Shown: piece after piece, positions 18,760 to 20,000 of the stretch
How the letters are laid out: each line of letters starts with the position of its first letter
Position numbering within the stretch: the stretch's first letter is position 1
DNA from: Folioceros fuciformis
Taxonomy: Eukaryota
Reading direction: 5' to 3'
NCBI GenBank assembly: GCA_049999805.1
Contig: JBNGIO010006348.1
Coordinates: 74,554-94,553 of the forward strand
Length of the DNA: 20,000 bases
Program-made: the position numbers and the translations under genes
Notes under the pieces: generated by a model
What the model was told of the DNA's origin: nothing
Database searches by the model: none
What the model saw: only the letters and a program-made list of their open reading frames with translations

Positions 18760-19320
18760 CTAGTCGTCCTCCGTCTCTGTAACGTCTTGAAATTGTTCCA
18801 AGATGTCGTGCCTCCACGCTACCACAAAAATGGATAACACAAAGATTAGAACACCAATAAAGGTCCTCCATGTAGCTGACCGACCTTCCTCATACGCGTA
18901 CGAAGGGATGTCGTCGGAGTAAGCCGAGTACGCCACACTGGAAGGAGGAGTATCGTCGAACAGAGAGTTCTCCATGTCGCGCAAGTCCCTCGGACCCCAG
19001 CGCCGGGAGCTCTCCCCCCGCCCATATCTTTGCTCGTATCCATCAATATCGAGTCCCGTTTCTTGGTGCCTTCCCACAGACGCAAGGCCTTCTTCGACCT
19101 GGGGATAGGTGCGGGTGTAATAGGAGGTATACCCTTTGAACCTCCTTCCCTTTCTCTGCCTCCGAATCAGGAAGGCAAGGGTTCCGGACAGGCCCACGGC
19201 CAGAAGCCCAAGGCCAGCGTAGAGCCTCAGCCTCCGCAACTGCTCGGGGGAGAGTTTGTCAAGACTCCACGAGCTCGGGGACTTGTGAAAGAAGCCCGAG
19301 GCTTCGCTTTCGTCTTTCAT
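18760..19320 (-). CDS. Uncharacterised 186-aa protein with two predicted transmembrane helices
   Basis: Uninterrupted ORF with a good start context (accATGaaa). Hydrophobic segments LYAGLGLLAVGLSGTLAFLI (followed by RRQRKGRR) and FIGVLIFVLSIFVVAW. No family recognised; additional upstream exons are not excluded. Confidence 0.6.
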   Translation of the reverse strand: MKDESEASGFFHKSPSSWSLDKLSPEQLRRLRLYAGLGLLAVGLSGTLAFLIRRQRKGRRFKGYTSYYTRTYPQVEEGLASVGRHQETGLDIDGYEQRYGRGESSRRWGPRDLRDMENSLFDDTPPSSVAYSAYSDDIPSYAYEEGRSATWRTFIGVLIFVLSIFVVAWRHDILEQFQDVTETEDD

Positions 19321-20000
19321 GGTACCCTACCCCTCCCTCCCTTGTGCCCTCTCTAATCTCGAACTGGTGACAATCGACCGCGCACAAGGAATCCAGGCCA
19401 TGTGCAAGAGGTTAATCTAGGTTGGACACGGCTACCCGCCCCTCGTCAACCCCGTCTGCGCATTCTGCACAGGAAACCTGGCCGATGCTTCAGAATAGGG
19501 ATGACAAAATGCCGGCAGAACAGGATTCCTCTGCAAAACCATATCTGTTTTGCGTCACACCGTTGTTCCCCCGTGCGCGGAACACTCGGACTCAATGTTG
19601 AACATTTCATACAACACAGGCTCATCCATGCGCAGCATTCTGTGCTGTGCAACTCTCCCTCACTTCGCATAACCAATCCTCCATGCAGCCACGCTCCCGG
19701 CAGCCGTGCACGATCCCCACAGCCGGGCTCAGCGGTCGATGCCACAGCTCAGTCACGAATGAAGGTCTAGGGTTGTTTTTCTATGAGTTCGGACGACGTC
19801 AAAACGGTTCGAAGCCTGGCGGTGGGTATTTCAGTTATAAGTCTCACCACCTGGACTAGGCTTATCCGTATACTGAACGGGGCTGGTCTACAAAGCTCAT
19901 CAGCTTCGTTTACAGAATTATTATGGGTTTATGCTGTACATCTAAACAATGTGCCTTCTAAGCACTTAGAACACAAGGCATGGCTTCCAAGAGTGAACCA

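Noticed and set aside
19402-19859. ORFs of 70-122 aa at the window end
   Set aside because: No recognisable domain; could be UTR or promoter of the adjacent gene.

Overview
Eukaryotic, gene-dense plant nuclear DNA with short (mostly about 80-230 bp) spliceosomal introns. Gene content and compactness suggest a non-seed land plant such as a hornwort (inference only). Seven protein-coding genes were reconstructed by hand: a Vps62/DUF946 protein (-); EEF1A lysine methyltransferase 1 (-, one probable GC-AG intron) head-to-head with the OST subunit KRTCAP2 (+); a plastid TPR protein with a twin-arginine-type signal (+); the strigolactone enzyme CCD8 (+, 9 exons); a plastid-type bacterial release factor 3, prfC (+, 16 exons); and an unrecognised two-TM ORF (-). 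The most unusual structure lies between CCD8 and prfC. There, a decayed and internally deleted Ty1/copia RT-RNase H fragment is bracketed by two ~300-bp TG...CA direct repeats, and the right-hand copy is the entire proximal upstream region of prfC, ending exactly on the A of its ATG. The left copy shows CpG decay relative to the right, and the RT deletion junction carries a perfect fold-back hairpin. All exon coordinates and alignments are manual and need RNA-seq or computational confirmation.
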